From Squalus acanthias (taxonomy: Eukaryota): 64,000 bases of DNA. Below the pieces are notes generated by a model that saw nothing but the letters and a program-made list of their open reading frames with translations, had not been told where the DNA came from and made no database searches. The stretch covers positions 15,562,001-15,626,000 of the forward strand of contig CM059449.1 of the NCBI GenBank assembly GCA_030390025.1, written 5' to 3'. Shown one piece after another: positions 11,637 through 23,520 of the stretch. Position 1 is the stretch's first letter; every line of letters starts with the position of its first letter. A program made the translations under genes and the position numbers.

Positions 11637-14600
11637 CTTTATTGAGATGAAAGTGTTTCAGTGTTAAATAAAATATTGTAAACTGAATATAGCGTAGGGC
11701 CTCAAATCCAGCGCAACAGATGTTGTGCAGTTTCAATGGAATATAATTCAACCCAGTAAACATTCTACAGATAATTAGGATATGACTCCACCTATCAAAT
11801 ATTGTTTCGTTAAATAGGATAGATCGCGCCGTCCTAAATATTCCTGTCCTTTTGAATATATTTCAGCGAGTCAACGATTGCACGATTTAAGTAACAAGCA
11901 AGAGAAACAGTCGATCTAATTAACACTTCATTATAATGTTAAAATCCATGCATTTAGAACAATTCACACTTAATGAATTCAGGAGCAGTGGGTCAGTCAG
12001 CATCTGGGAAAGACAGACTTACATTTGGGAATAACTGTTCAGGAGCACTTTCCGTTGAAGGCAAAGTGCCAGCCCACCGGTTTCCCTGTGCTTTCTCATC
12101 CAGGAGCTCACTGACATTCTTTGCATATCCAGCATTTTCTGTTACGGCTGCAGATTTCCTCCTTATCTCGACTTTGTCAAAGTAGGTGTATTTTTACATG
12201 TGTATGCCTGGGTGTTCCGATTTTGGAGTCTATTTTAATGTTCCTGAGTGTATCTCGTGCCTTATTGATTCGTTAATGGGATGTGGACGTCGCTGGCAAG
12301 GCCAGCATTTAGCCCATCTCTAGTTGCCCTTGAGAAGGTGGTGGTGAGCCGCCTTCTTGAACCGCTGCAGTCAAGGTACTCCCACATTGTTTTTCATAGC
12401 GGCTTTTTAAAACTGAGTGGCCATTTTAGAGGACAGTTGAGAGTCAACCACATTGCTGTGGGTCTGGCGTCACATATAGGCCAGACCTGTTAAGGACGGC
12501 AGATTTCCTTCCCTAAAGGGCATTAGTGAACAAGATGGGTTTTTACGACAATCCGATAGTTTCATGTCACCATTACTGATACTAGTTTTTTAGTCCAGAT
12601 TTATTTAATTAAACTTAAATTTCCCAGTTGTTGTGGTGGGGGATGAACTGACGTCGCACGGATCATTAGTCCAGGTCTGATGCATTACTAGTCCAGTAAC
12701 ATGAGCACTATGCTACCGTTCCCTATATATGTTTGTGCATGCACCTGCTTATTTGTGTGTGGCTATATGTATTTGCGAGTGTCTGTGAGAGTGTCTCTTT
12801 CTGTGTGTGCAGGTGTTTGAATTCTGGGACTGTCAGGTTTCATTTCATGCCTTTCCTGTTTGGCTTTCTGTTGAATTATAACGAATATTCCAATCCCCGG
12901 CTCTCTTCAATTTCGATTTTCAACTTGCCGCGCCTGTGCGTAAAACTGGCGTTTGGGTTGGGCCGCACCTGTGCTTTACGCCTGTGTGACAAGTTGAGAA
13001 TCTACCCCACATCTTCAAGAAGAAAATTTGAGCCCGTCCAACCTCGTTTCATCTTTAGAATTTTACATCAACTGAGAGAACTTTTTACATGATAATCTAC
13101 CCGGAAAAGTAAACAAGAGGTTACTAGGTTTAAAAATAACAAAAATAGCCCAAGTCATTGTGCTACATACCCGATTCGTTCTTCTGCATTCAGAGCTGTC
13201 ATAATTCCTCTCTATAAAGCATAGAAAAAAGAAACAAAGAAAGTCATGCATTTATATATCGACTTTCACCACCTCAGGACGTCCCAAAGCGCTTCACAGC
13301 CGATCAAGTACTTTTTGAAATGTAGTCGCCGTTGTAATGTAGGAAACGCCGCAGCAAATTTGCACACAGCAAGCTCCCACAATCAACAATCTGACAATGG
13401 CCAAATAAACTGTTTTTAGTTATGTTGATTGAGGGACAAACATTGGTCGGGACACCGGGGAGAGCTCCCCTTCTCCTCTTCAAAATAGTGCCAAGGGATA
13501 TTTTACGTTCAGCTGAGAGAGCAGACGGAGCCTCGGTCTATTCTCTCATCTAAAAGACGGTATCTCCGACAGTGCAACGCTCCCTCAGTACTGCACTGGG
13601 AGTGTCAGCCTAGGTTTTTGTGCTCAAGTATCTGGAGTGGGAACTTAAAACACACAGCTTTCAATGTTTCAGAGGCGAGGGTGCTACCAACTGAGCCACG
13701 GGAAATGACCCTCCCTAATTTAATTTACTGGAACAGTGTATACAATACAATACAACATATTGTGCCATAGATATAGCGCTGTAATGCACTGTGGTATAAT
13801 GCTATAGGATACAACATAACATGGTAGAAAACAGGAGAACGCAATAAAATGAAGTCTACAGTAGGATGTACCGTATTGCAAAACAATAAAAGGATACAAT
13901 TAGTATGGTCCAAGATATAATACGCTACCACGCAATATAAAACAGCATAAGGTTCTTCTGTGCGATAGAAACGGTGTTCATGTCAGATTCCTAGGCCCAC
14001 TATTTTAACTGTTTACTTTAAACTAATGCAAAAAGCAATTTGACATGAGCGCGCCAAGCACTCGTACGAGAATAGCGTGATGTCCAGACTAATCGACTAT
14101 AATATATGATATATAATACAGCATGACATTGAAACGTACTTTTTAATGTCATGTAATAATTCATCACAAAAAAAATCAGCGTGTGGTAAGAAAAAATTAT
14201 AAAATATTATATTATCCATAAACCTTAACACTTCCAATTGACTTTGTGGCCAATATGTCTAACATGTGTCACTCAATAACCGTTCTGGAAACAATAATTA
14301 TTGAATCATAGAGTCATACAGCACCGAAGGAGGCCATTTGGCCCAACCTGCCTGTGCCGGCTCTCTGAAAGAGCTATTAATTAATCCCACTGCCCCCACC
14401 CCCCCCCGCACCGCTCTTTCCCCATAGCCCTGAAACAATTCCCTTTTTAACCATTTATCCAATTCCCTTTTGAAAGGTATTCTTGACTCTGCTTCCACCA
14501 CCCTTTCAGGCAGCGCATTCCAGATCACAACAACTCACTGAGTAAATAAAAATCCTCTAATTTGTCCGTCGCATTTTCCCCCCCAGTATCTTAAATCTGT

Positions 14601-17600
14601 GTCCTCTGGTTGCCGACAGAATAATCAGACAGATCAATACTGAACTCATGGTCAACGGATTATACCTGATAGATAAGAAAATTAACCAAATTATCAATTA
14701 AAATCAAATTAAATCGAAGGAGTAAGCGTTCGGAGTTTATTAAAAATGACAGGTTGCTCACGTTTCTTTCTGTCACCCACCTGTTTCATGGATCTCTGAG
14801 TAGAGCGGATCTGGACTGAAGCAAAAGAGGACATCAGAAAATTTAGGCATCCCAAACAATAAAATGCATTAAAGAAAAAGAAAGTGGTTTTCTTTAAAAA
14901 AAAGTAGATCTATGTAAACAGTTACCTGGTGGGTTGCTGAAGAGCGACTGTGAGGAGAGAAAGACAAAGACAGAAAAATTAAAGAGCTGAAGTTATTGAT
15001 TATACCTGCAAGAAGCAACGGAAATAATTGGTATCGAAATAATTGAATCACATTTTGGGGGCAACTTTAACCAAACCCGCAGAGAAACGGACGGGATAGG
15101 GTGCAACGTTTTGAAGTCAAATGAGAGCAATATTGGGCGGGTCTAAACCCGGCGTTCCACCCGATACCCTGCGTTTCCCGCCCGGTGAGTTCGGATAAAA
15201 TTATCAGAGAATTTGCCAACAACATGGAATTCAGTAGAGGTACAATTAGTGCTGTTACCTCTCTTACGATGCCGGCTGATAACAACTATGATTATGATGA
15301 TGATGATGATCACGAGAGGCACCGCTACCGCTGCATAGACGAATGGTTGGATCATTGGTGCGGACTCGCCGTGGCTGCTCTCTCCACCACCTGTGTGTAA
15401 ATCTAAAGTTTCTTTTGTGAGACAGAGCAGTCAAGAGCAGGACAATGGTCACATTGAGATTGAGGATCCGCAAATGGGACACAGATTCCCAATCCCCTTT
15501 GACATGCGGGGCTATTTCACACTGGCATACATCAAACTAGGCCACGGATCAAAACGCAAAATGTCACCAGTGGGCAACAGGGGATATTCCCACCCTGGAA
15601 GTAACACTGGGGGAATTTTAATGTAGGGACGCTTAATGGGTTGGTGCCAGTTTCCTTTCATTTAAATAGCGGGGGGTGGGGTGGGGGTCGTGTGAGTTCT
15701 GTTAACATAGGAACATGAGGAGGTCATTCAGTCCCTACAGCCTTTTCCACCATTCAATGAGATCATGGCTGATCTGCGACCTAACTACATATAACCGCCT
15801 TTTGCCCCATATCTGTTAATACATTTGGTTAACAAAACTCTATCAATCTCCGATTTAAAATAAAAAATTGATCAGTTGTCGTTTGCGGAATAGAGTTCCA
15901 AACTTTTACCACCCTTTGTGTGTGTAGAAGTGTTTCCTAATTTCACCCCTGAAAGGTTTAGCTCTAATTTTTAAACCCTGGAGATCCAATAGGTCCAGAG
16001 CAAGAACGAGAAAATCTTCCCCTCGTATTTACGGGATGCTTAAGACAAAACAAACATCTGGAAATTAGACGGGCCGAAACTGGGTGATCAACGTGGTTCT
16101 TCCGCGGACCAATCTTTGCATTTTGTTGGCGCAATGTTGTAATTTCTATTTACACACTCAACTATATCCGTCACTACCTTCATTTGCAGGATGACAGTGA
16201 AATCTAACTTATCATACATGTGTTGTCCGGTTTATTCCCAATATTGGTACGCGGTGATTTCAAGGCTCACATGTTGCTCTAATTACGGGGCTCCAGTCTT
16301 CACCTCGCACACTGTAACTGGGTTGACTTCTTATCTATAGTCCTACCTAAAATTGTATACAGCAACTGAATGTCATTAATATCCCCTCCATTTATTTATT
16401 TTAAAAGATCATTCTCGGGTTACGGGCGACGCTGGCGAGGGGGGCATGTTATTGTCCATCTCTGCTTGACCCCTTCAGAAGGTGCTGGTGGGCCGCCTTC
16501 TTCTTGAACCGCTGCAGTCCGGTGTGGTGATGGTTCTCCCGCAGTGCTGTGAGGGAGGCAGTTCCAGGATTTTGGAAGGAACAGCGATACAAGTCCAAGT
16601 CAGGCTGGTGTGTGACTTGGCGGGGGACTTGGAGGTGATTATGTTCCCATGCGCCTGCTGCCCTTGACCTTCTAGGTGGTGGAGTTCGCGGGTTTGGGAG
16701 TTCCAATTGATCTGATGGAGAATTTACCTATACGGCCAATATTACCCCCTAGTAAAATCCCACATGAATGCGTGCAATTTCATTGGTAAGAATATCTCCA
16801 CCAATCCAAACTTACTCTGTTGACGCCGTTCCACGGTCACTGTTGTCCCGTGTCCCTCTGCTGCAGCGAATCCCACGAGCTGCACCTTGCAGAAATAGAA
16901 CCCTGTATCTTCCGGTTTCAGTTGGATTATTCTAATGGACGCGTCTCTCCTCTGTCTGAAATCCTCTTCACTTGCCCCGAACACCCTGCCTCTGTATTCC
17001 GCTGTATTGTTGGAAACTTCATTTCCCTGTTTGGTGCCTCGGTGCCACGTGTAGCTGCCGATTCCTGTGGGACCCTCATATCTGCAGAGTAGGTCCGCTG
17101 TCTGGCCCGCGGTTTTGGTGAGTGATTGCGGTCTCTGAATTACGGTGATGTTTCCAACAGTAACTGCTGCAAGTGGGTAAAACAGACCATCTATAAATAT
17201 ACAGGGCACTTCTTTGCTTTAAAGCACGCCGTGGAAGGGCTGGTTTTAAACAAATATTATTTCGGAGGATTTTTGATAAGGTATTCCTGATCTTTAACTT
17301 GAGGGAATAAAAACAGAAAATACTGGAAACGCTCAGCAGGCCAGGCAGCATCTGTGGAGAGAGCAACAGAGTCAACGTTTCAGGTCGACGACTTTTCGTC
17401 AGAATTGGAAAAAGTTGGAGATGTACCAGGTTTTAAGCAAGTGTAGGGACAGGGAAAAGGGGGGAGGGGAGGAAAGAACAAAAGGGAAGTTCTGTGATAG
17501 AGTGGAAGGCAGGAGAGATTAAATAACACAAGCGATGATTGGACAAGTAAAAAGGAGATGGTAATGGGACAAGTAAAGAAACAAAAGATGGGTCTAGAAA

Positions 17601-19518
17601 AGGTTTAAATGTTTAACTTGAGGGATATTGGTGCTGGAGCTGGAGCGCCTTTGGTTTTTGGGCGCACTCCTCGGTCAAGTATAGAATGGATCTGGTACAA
17701 AGTACCTCTGTCCCGTTCCAGATAATAAGCATTCAATTTAATTTCAGTTCTCCCGATATTCTTTCTGTGCTGCCCGCCGGTCTCATTAACACTTTGAGCG
17801 AGGGTGTGAAATGGGCAATCTCGAATTAAACGGCTTGCCCGATGTTCTCTTCCATTTGGGGGTCATTTTAACTTTAGGTGCTAAATGGTCGAGAGCGGGT
17901 CGGCTGCCTGAAATTAAAATCGGGGCAGGTGTACAACGGGCGGCTGATCCGATGTCGCCCGTTTCAGTCGGTCCTGCAAATTCAAAATTACCCCCAGGAA
18001 TTGAGGAGAAGTTTAATCTCATTAGTCTGATCATATTGGAACTCAGATAATTGCTAAACCCCAGCGACCTTCTCACTATTAATCAGCGGTGACTGGAGAA
18101 TATGGAAAATACAAACAGAATATTAATAGTCAAAATAATGAAACCGGCTAAATGTTACATGTAGCGACATTACAAATTGGATGAATGATTTCCCACTTTG
18201 GGTATATCTTGTACAATCGCCAATACCTCTTTAAAAATTGTTTACGGATCAGAGAAAATAGCCAATGCATTTGCGACCTCATTGGAAGCAGCAAGCAGCG
18301 CAACTCTTGCCCTGTGTTGATAACTAGAGAAAGGTTGTATCCAGTTAAATTACTATAAATAATAGGAATTGAACAAAAAAAAAGTCATGCCCCCTGGAAA
18401 CGGGTCTTTACTTGAACACTGCCAGCACTGCAAATATTCACTGTTGTGGATAGAGAATATTGGCATTTTTTGTAGATATAATAACATAGAATCATAGAAT
18501 AGTACAGCAGAGAAGGAAGCCTTTCGGCCCATCGAGTCTGCGCCGGCTCTTTCGAAGAGCAATTCAGTTTGTCCCACTCCCCCGCTCTTCCCCGCTATCC
18601 CTGCAATATTTTTCATCATTAAATATTTGAATCTGTATCCACCACCCTATCAGGCAGAGTACTAGGGCAATCTGTACTTCAGGGAGCAACATACATTGTG
18701 CTCTCCTGGAACAAATACAATAAACCTCGTTATCCGAGAGCTGATCCGTCTCTCACGTTTAGCTCTCTCTATCTCTCTCTGTCTTCCTCAGTCTCTCTTT
18801 CTCTCTCTCACACACACGCCCGATTGGAACCCATTTCTCTCTCTCTCTGTTTTCCTATTCCTATCCATCACTTGTTGATTTAACCCGTCTACCCTCCCAC
18901 TATTTCCAACCTTGATGCTGTCATACGCCATGGGCCATGGGCCCTTCATTAAATGCTTCAATTAAAAATAAGCAACCTCGAAAGCGTTAGCTTCTCTGTG
19001 GCGAGCCCTGGTTAACTGCGAGATTGATTATATTACCAGGACATTAATCATTACCACGGCGCTGAGAAATTAAGATGGTTAATCTCGCGTCCATGAGAAT
19101 GTCCGCACAAACCTGATGTTCTTTGAATTGCAGGCGAGCTGGTCATGAATGTAAACTGGGTGAAATCTACAATCTGGTGCTCTGATCAGCAACTATGGAT
19201 ATCGGAATAAGATTTAACCAGATACACATATAAGTAAGAAAAAAATAGATGGGAGGACATCGCTATGGGTCTTTAATATCTAATTAAGACATAGAATATT
19301 TTATTAAAGTCATTAAGAAATTATGGAAATTAAAATCAGTCCATTTCAATAACAGGCGGCCGCTCCGCAACGCCAGCTTCACGCCCAGGCGGCAAGTTGA
19401 AAATCTACGCCATATTCTTGAATGGAGCTGATGTATCAGAAATAAGCTTACCGGAGAACATAGCGAATGCCCAGGTAACTGCAGCCCAATTCATTCTCCC
19501 TCTCGGCGGCGATATCAT
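11531..19518 (-). CDS. NCR3: Gene A: NKp30/NCR3-family inhibitory-type receptor (leader - IgV - TM - Tyr module - ITIM tail), multi-exon
   Basis: Exons 19452-19518, 16816-17166, 15259-15390, 14926-14947 and 14781-14815 join in frame with GT/AG sites. Terminal exon 11531-11636 has two ITIMs. The junction(s) between 14781 and 11636 are unresolved. The symbol is family-level, not orthology. Confidence 0.85.
12270..12722 (-). mobile_element. tRNA-derived SINE with LINE-like tail
   Basis: Minus-strand head ggtagcatagtg...ttactggactagtaat; the same family recurs at 31260-31390 and in every unit of the 56-64 kb array. Confidence 0.7.
13171..13211 (-). CDS. Candidate gene A cytoplasmic exon (41 nt; ERNYDSSECRRTNR in phase 1, or RGIMTALNAEERIG in phase 0)
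   Basis: Very strong acceptor tctttgtttcttttttctatgctttatag and donor CGG|gtatgt. Its phase does not close with both neighbours without another small exon. Confidence 0.5.
13230..13700 (-). mobile_element. HE1-like tRNA-derived SINE
   Basis: A-box-like tggctcagttggtagcacc head, aagttcccactccag, conserved body; paralog at 20365-20820. Confidence 0.75.
14303..14615 (-). mobile_element. CR1 LINE 3' end
   Basis: IWNALPERVVEAES...FKRELD; ctatgattc tail. Confidence 0.8.
14781..14815 (-). CDS. Gene A 35-nt cytoplasmic exon (S)PDPLYSEIHET
   Basis: Acceptor tcctcttttgcttcag, donor AG|gtgggt; phase 2 to 1; YxxI motif. Confidence 0.75.
14926..14947 (-). CDS. Gene A 22-nt cytoplasmic exon (V)ALQQPT
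   Basis: Acceptor ctttgtctttctctcctcacag, donor CAG|gtaact; phase 1 to 2. Confidence 0.75.
15058..15205. repeat. MITE-like palindromic family member
   Basis: ggggcaactttaacc...aaaattatc ends; related to 34158-34342, 17859-17995 and 42823-42989. Confidence 0.5.
15259..15390 (-). CDS. Gene A stalk/TM exon (S)GGESSHGESAPMIQPFVYAAVAVPLVIIIIIIIIVVISRHRKR
   Basis: Acceptor ttacacacag, donor AG|gtaac; phase 1-1. Uncharged hydrophobic stretch followed by an RHRKR stop-transfer sequence. Confidence 0.9.
16425..16702 (-). mobile_element. LINE 3' fragment (same family as 23020-23520 and 33380-34125)
   Basis: Shared ...GLQRFKKAAHHHLL terminus and ttgcccatccct-type tail. Confidence 0.75.
16816..17166 (-). 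CDS. NCR3: Gene A VJ-type IgV exon, NKp30-like
   Basis: LLC...IGSYTWHR...GNEVSNNTAEYRGR...DASIRI...EDTGFYFCKV...GHGTTVTVE, compared with NKp30 IGSVTWFR...GKEVRNGTPEFRGR...YVCRV...GNGTRLVVE. Acceptor ccacttgcag (alternatives at 17190 and 17163); donor A|gtaagt. Confidence 0.92.
17305..17610 (-). mobile_element. Penelope-derived pLTR repeat with degenerate hammerhead (17370-17406)
   Basis: Same family as 27080-27440, 40020-40345 and 45429-45790. Confidence 0.75.
19452..19518 (-). CDS. Gene A leader exon MISPPRGRMNWAAVTWAFAMFS
   Basis: ATG at 19518 (second in-frame ATG at 19494), hydrophobic segment, phase-1 donor G|gtaagc in frame with the V exon. Confidence 0.8.
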
Positions 19519-19809
19519 TTCAGAAAAGAAATTCAGGTAGTGTACAGACAGGAATATTTAAGTAATGCAGCGGGAGAGTGAACCTGAGTCAGAGTCCGGA
19601 TGTGAGGGAATGGAAAAAAAAATGAATTGCAAGCTGTTTATACAACCGCAGTTATCTCTCTCGCACATGGTTTGTCTCTCTCTCTCGCTCTCACGCACAC
19701 ACACACACACACACACACACTCGCATTCTCTCTCAAGGACAGTTCGCAGCAGATACTCACACGCGGGGTAGATTCATGGCTTCACCCGTAACCTGGGTCC
19801 TTAACTGAC

Positions 19810-20350
19810 CACGGGATAGGAGGCAGAGAGTCGTGGATGTTTCTGTCACTGGTGAGAAGTATGCAGTGGGGTTCCCCAGTGATTGGTATTAGGACCATTG
19901 CTTTTCTTGTTATATAGAAATGTTCTGGACTTGTGTATAGGGAGCACAATTTAGAAATTTGTGAATGATGCAATAATTGGTAACATAGTAAATAGTAAGA
20001 GGGACAGTAGCAGACTTCAGGAGGACATAGCCTGATGAAATGGGCAGGTACATGGCAGATGCAATTGAATGCGGCTAAGTGTGAAGTGATGCACTTTGAG
20101 AGGAGCAACATGGAGAGGCACTGTGACCTAAATGGTGATATTTTGAGGGGGTGCAAGTGCAGAGAGACCTGGGTGTGCATATTCACAAATATCTGAAGGT
20201 GGCAGGGCAAGTTGACAAGGCAGTTAAGAAAGCGTGTGTGATACCTGTCTTTGTCAATCGGGGCATTGAATGCAACAACAAGGAAGTGAAGCTAAGCCTT
20301 TACTAATCACTGGTTAGGCCTCAGCTTTTGTATTGTGTGCAATTCCCGTT
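19810..20350 (+). mobile_element. Degenerate CR1 RT fragment
   Basis: Decayed SGVPQ / KWAGTWQMQLNAAKCEVMHF / LVRPQL..CVQ motifs. Confidence 0.75.
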
Positions 20351-20364
20351 TTCTCGTTTAGAAA

Positions 20365-20820
20365 GAAAAGAAGGAATTGCATTTATATAGCGCCTTTCAC
20401 CAGCTCAGGATGTTCCAAAGTGCTTTCCAGCCAATGAAGTACTTTTTGGAGTGTAGTCACTGTTGTAATGTAAGAAACGCGGCAGCTAAATCTGTGGACA
20501 GCAAGCTCCCACAAACAGCAAGGTGATAATGATCAGATAATCTGTTTTATAGTGATATTTACTGAGGGATAAATTTTGGCCCAGGACACGGGGAGAACTC
20601 CCCCTGCTCTTTTTCGAAATAGTGTCGTGGGACCTATTACATCCACCTGAGAAAGCAGACAGTTTAACCTCTCATCCGAAAGAAGGCACATCCGACAGTG
20701 CGGCGCTCCATCAGTACTGCCACTGGAGTGTCAGCCTAGATTTTTGTGCTCAAGTCTCTGGAGTGGGACTTGAACCCACGACCTTCAGAGACTCAAGCGC
20801 TGCCCGCTGAGCCACAGCTG
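20365..20820 (-). mobile_element. HE1-like tRNA-derived SINE
   Basis: gtggctcagcgggcagc...gtgggttcaagtcccactccag (A/B box-like). Confidence 0.8.
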
Positions 20821-21154
20821 AATCCTAAAGGGCTCCTGTTCCTTCATTTTACTTCACACGCACATAGTCAAGAACTCCCTTTTCAGCTTCCCTAATGTGC
20901 GTTGAGTTTTCCTTTCCCGATCCTTGCTCTCTCTGAAGAATTTGTCACATTGCGTGTACACACACACATATATATATATATATACATAACTCTAACTGCA
21001 ACAGCAGTGCTGGGTTGACTGGGCGTGTATGAGCGTATGTCTGTGAGAGAGAGGATGTGCAAACTGTGTGCGTGCGAATCAGAAGGATAGTAAGGGCTTT
21101 CTGCACAGAGTATCTGACAGCTTGTCAGGGTCTGCAACGACCTGCGAGCTATTG

Positions 21155-21200
21155 ATGTTCGTGGCCCTGGTGTCAGTCAACACGTTGACTCCGCTCTGCG
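21155..21200 (+). CDS. Candidate leader exon of gene B (MFVALVSVNTLTPLC)
   Basis: 46-nt ATG-initiated phase-1 segment in frame with the V exon at 25634. The donor gtcagc is weak and hydrophobicity is modest. Confidence 0.3.
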
Positions 21201-21511
21201 GTCAGCTACGTGCCAAGAGTGAAGCTGTGTGGGCGTCGAGCTCTTCGCTGCCCAACCCAACCTGTTAACCTGAGCGAGTATTTTGAAAACTCGCAGATGA
21301 AGTCCTATAAATATTCTAGCGAGATCGACAACTGACTGAAATGTGTTTATCGCTGAACGCTACAGATCGTGAGGTGTGAACTGTGGGCGGGTAACTGCAG
21401 AGAATCATCTCGCAAATATTTCCACTGCTTTAGTGCGAGGCCTATTTTGCCTTAAAGCAAATCTAGAGGCCAATGATATATCAAATAGGGAATTCAGAAG
21501 AAGCTTCTTAT

Positions 21512-22072
21512 AGAATTACAGACGGTTACAGCGCAGAAGGGGGCCATTCGGCCCGTCGAAGAGCACTTCAGCTAGTCCCACTCCCCCGCCCTTTCCCCGT
21601 AGCCCGGCAATTTTCTTTTCCTTCAGGTACTTATTCAATTCCCTTTTGGAAGCCACGATTGAATATGCCTCCACCAGCCTCTCAGCCACTGCATTCCAGA
21701 TCCTAACACCTCGCTGCGTAAAAAAGTTTTTCCTCATGTCGCCTTTGGTTCTTCTGCCAATCACCATAAATCTGTGTCCTCTGGTTCTCGACCCTTCCGC
21801 CAATGGGAACAGTTTTTCTCTATCTGCTCTGTCTAGTGCCCTCATGATTTTGAACATCTCTATGAAATCTGCTCTCAATTTTCTCTGCTCTAGGGAGAAC
21901 AACCCCAGCTTCTCGAGTCTATCCACGTAACGGAATTTCCACATCCCTGGAACCATTCTTCTAAATCTTTTCTGCACCCTCTCTAAAGCCTTTACATCTT
22001 TCCTTAATTGGACACAATACTCCAGTTGTTGCTGGACCAGTGTTTCATAAAGGTTCCTCATAACTTCCATTG
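21512..22072 (-). mobile_element. CR1 LINE 3' fragment
   Basis: ORF 21516-22070 carries CR1 ORF2 C-terminal motifs. Confidence 0.9.
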
Positions 22073-23019
22073 ATATGAAAAGGTAAATCGGCTGGGGTTT
22101 ATTACAGGCTGCCGATCCGCCACTGCCCGTTTTCCGCTCCCAAAGGAAGTTGACATTTGACCCTGCTGTTCTTTTTCCAGGTGCTCTCCCCTATCTGGAA
22201 CTACAGTGTTGATTTATCCCAGTTTAGGCTCTCGTCGTCCTACCGCAGCATTACAGTTTCTTGGGACAGGTAACTCTTAAAAGTACAGGATTTTTTTTTT
22301 AAGTTTGGCTGGAATAAGTAGCAAAAAGCACTAATCATGTCGTGCCCGTCGAAAGGGCTCTGAAAGTGAAAGGCATGCTGTTGGATTTACACAACTGGGC
22401 TCAGCACCATTCCGTGACATGTGGCCAACACATGTTCATGTTTCAGACAATTGCCAGGCACTATTTATTTAAATCAAACCCGAGTACTATCACCGGTTCT
22501 CATTTACAAACTCTGCGCCCTCTAAGTTCATTCTAACATGTTTGTCATTGTTTAAACAGGGCGAAGATGAGTTTCAATGCCCCGGGTGCGTAAACACTCA
22601 CTGAAATTAGTGAAGGGTGAAACTGAACTGCGAGGCGTTATTCCTTTGTTTCAATGTACCGCTTGTGTAATGTTAAAGTAGTGCTTCTTTCTTAAGTATT
22701 CTTAAAATATGACGTTTCCGACTACAATTGGAAAACGTGCGTAGTGAACAGAGTTCCTCTGTGCTTTGTTAAACCACCAGAAGGTTTCGTCATATAAGTG
22801 AACGTCTGCTGTGGGATGTTTGCTAAACTTAACAGCACTTTCGGACGCTGCAGGTCAGATGTTAACTCGTAGTGTTCTGCGGAGCAAGAATGAAAATGCC
22901 TCCTATTCGCATGTGGAAGTTGTTGAATTAACGGAACATACTTTTGCCTATCGGTGAGCCGCTGTCTTCTGATGTACACATTTTAATGTTTTTTCGGGTT
23001 TTTTAAATTCGCTTATGGG

Positions 23020-23520
23020 TTCTGTGTGTCGCTGGCAAGGCCAGCATTTATTGCCCATCCCTAGTTGCCGTTGAGAAGGTGGTGGTGAGCCGCCTTCTTG
23101 AACCGCTGCAGTCCGTGTGGTGAACGTTCTCCCACAGTGCTGTTAGGTAGGGAGTTCCAGGATTTTGACCCAGCGACGATGAAGGAAGGTGTGTGACTTG
23201 GAGGGGAACTTGGAGCTGGTGGTGTTCCCATGCGCCTGCTGCCCTTGTCCTTCTAGGTGGAAGAGGTCGCGGGTTTGGGAGGTGCTGCCAAAGAAGCCTT
23301 GGCGATTTGCTGCAGTGCATCTTGTAGATGGTACACACTGCAGCCACGGTACGCCGGTGGTGTAGGCAGTGAATGTTTAAGGTGGTGGATGGGGTGCCAA
23401 TCAAGTGGGCTGCTTTGTCCTGGATGGTGTTCGAGCTTCTTGGTGATGTTGGAGCTGCACTCATCCAGGCAAGTGGAGAGTATTCCATCACACTCCTTAC
23501 TTGTGCCTTGTAGATGGTGG
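23020..23520 (-). mobile_element. LINE RT C-terminal fragment
   Basis: MEYSPLAWMSAAPT...IQDKAAHLIG. Confidence 0.85.

Noticed and set aside
12023-12171. Possible gene A cytoplasmic exon ending at a gtaagt donor
   Set aside because: The sequence resembles a decayed Penelope pLTR inverted pair (acagaaaatgctgga...cagatgctgactgacc) and the acceptors are weak.
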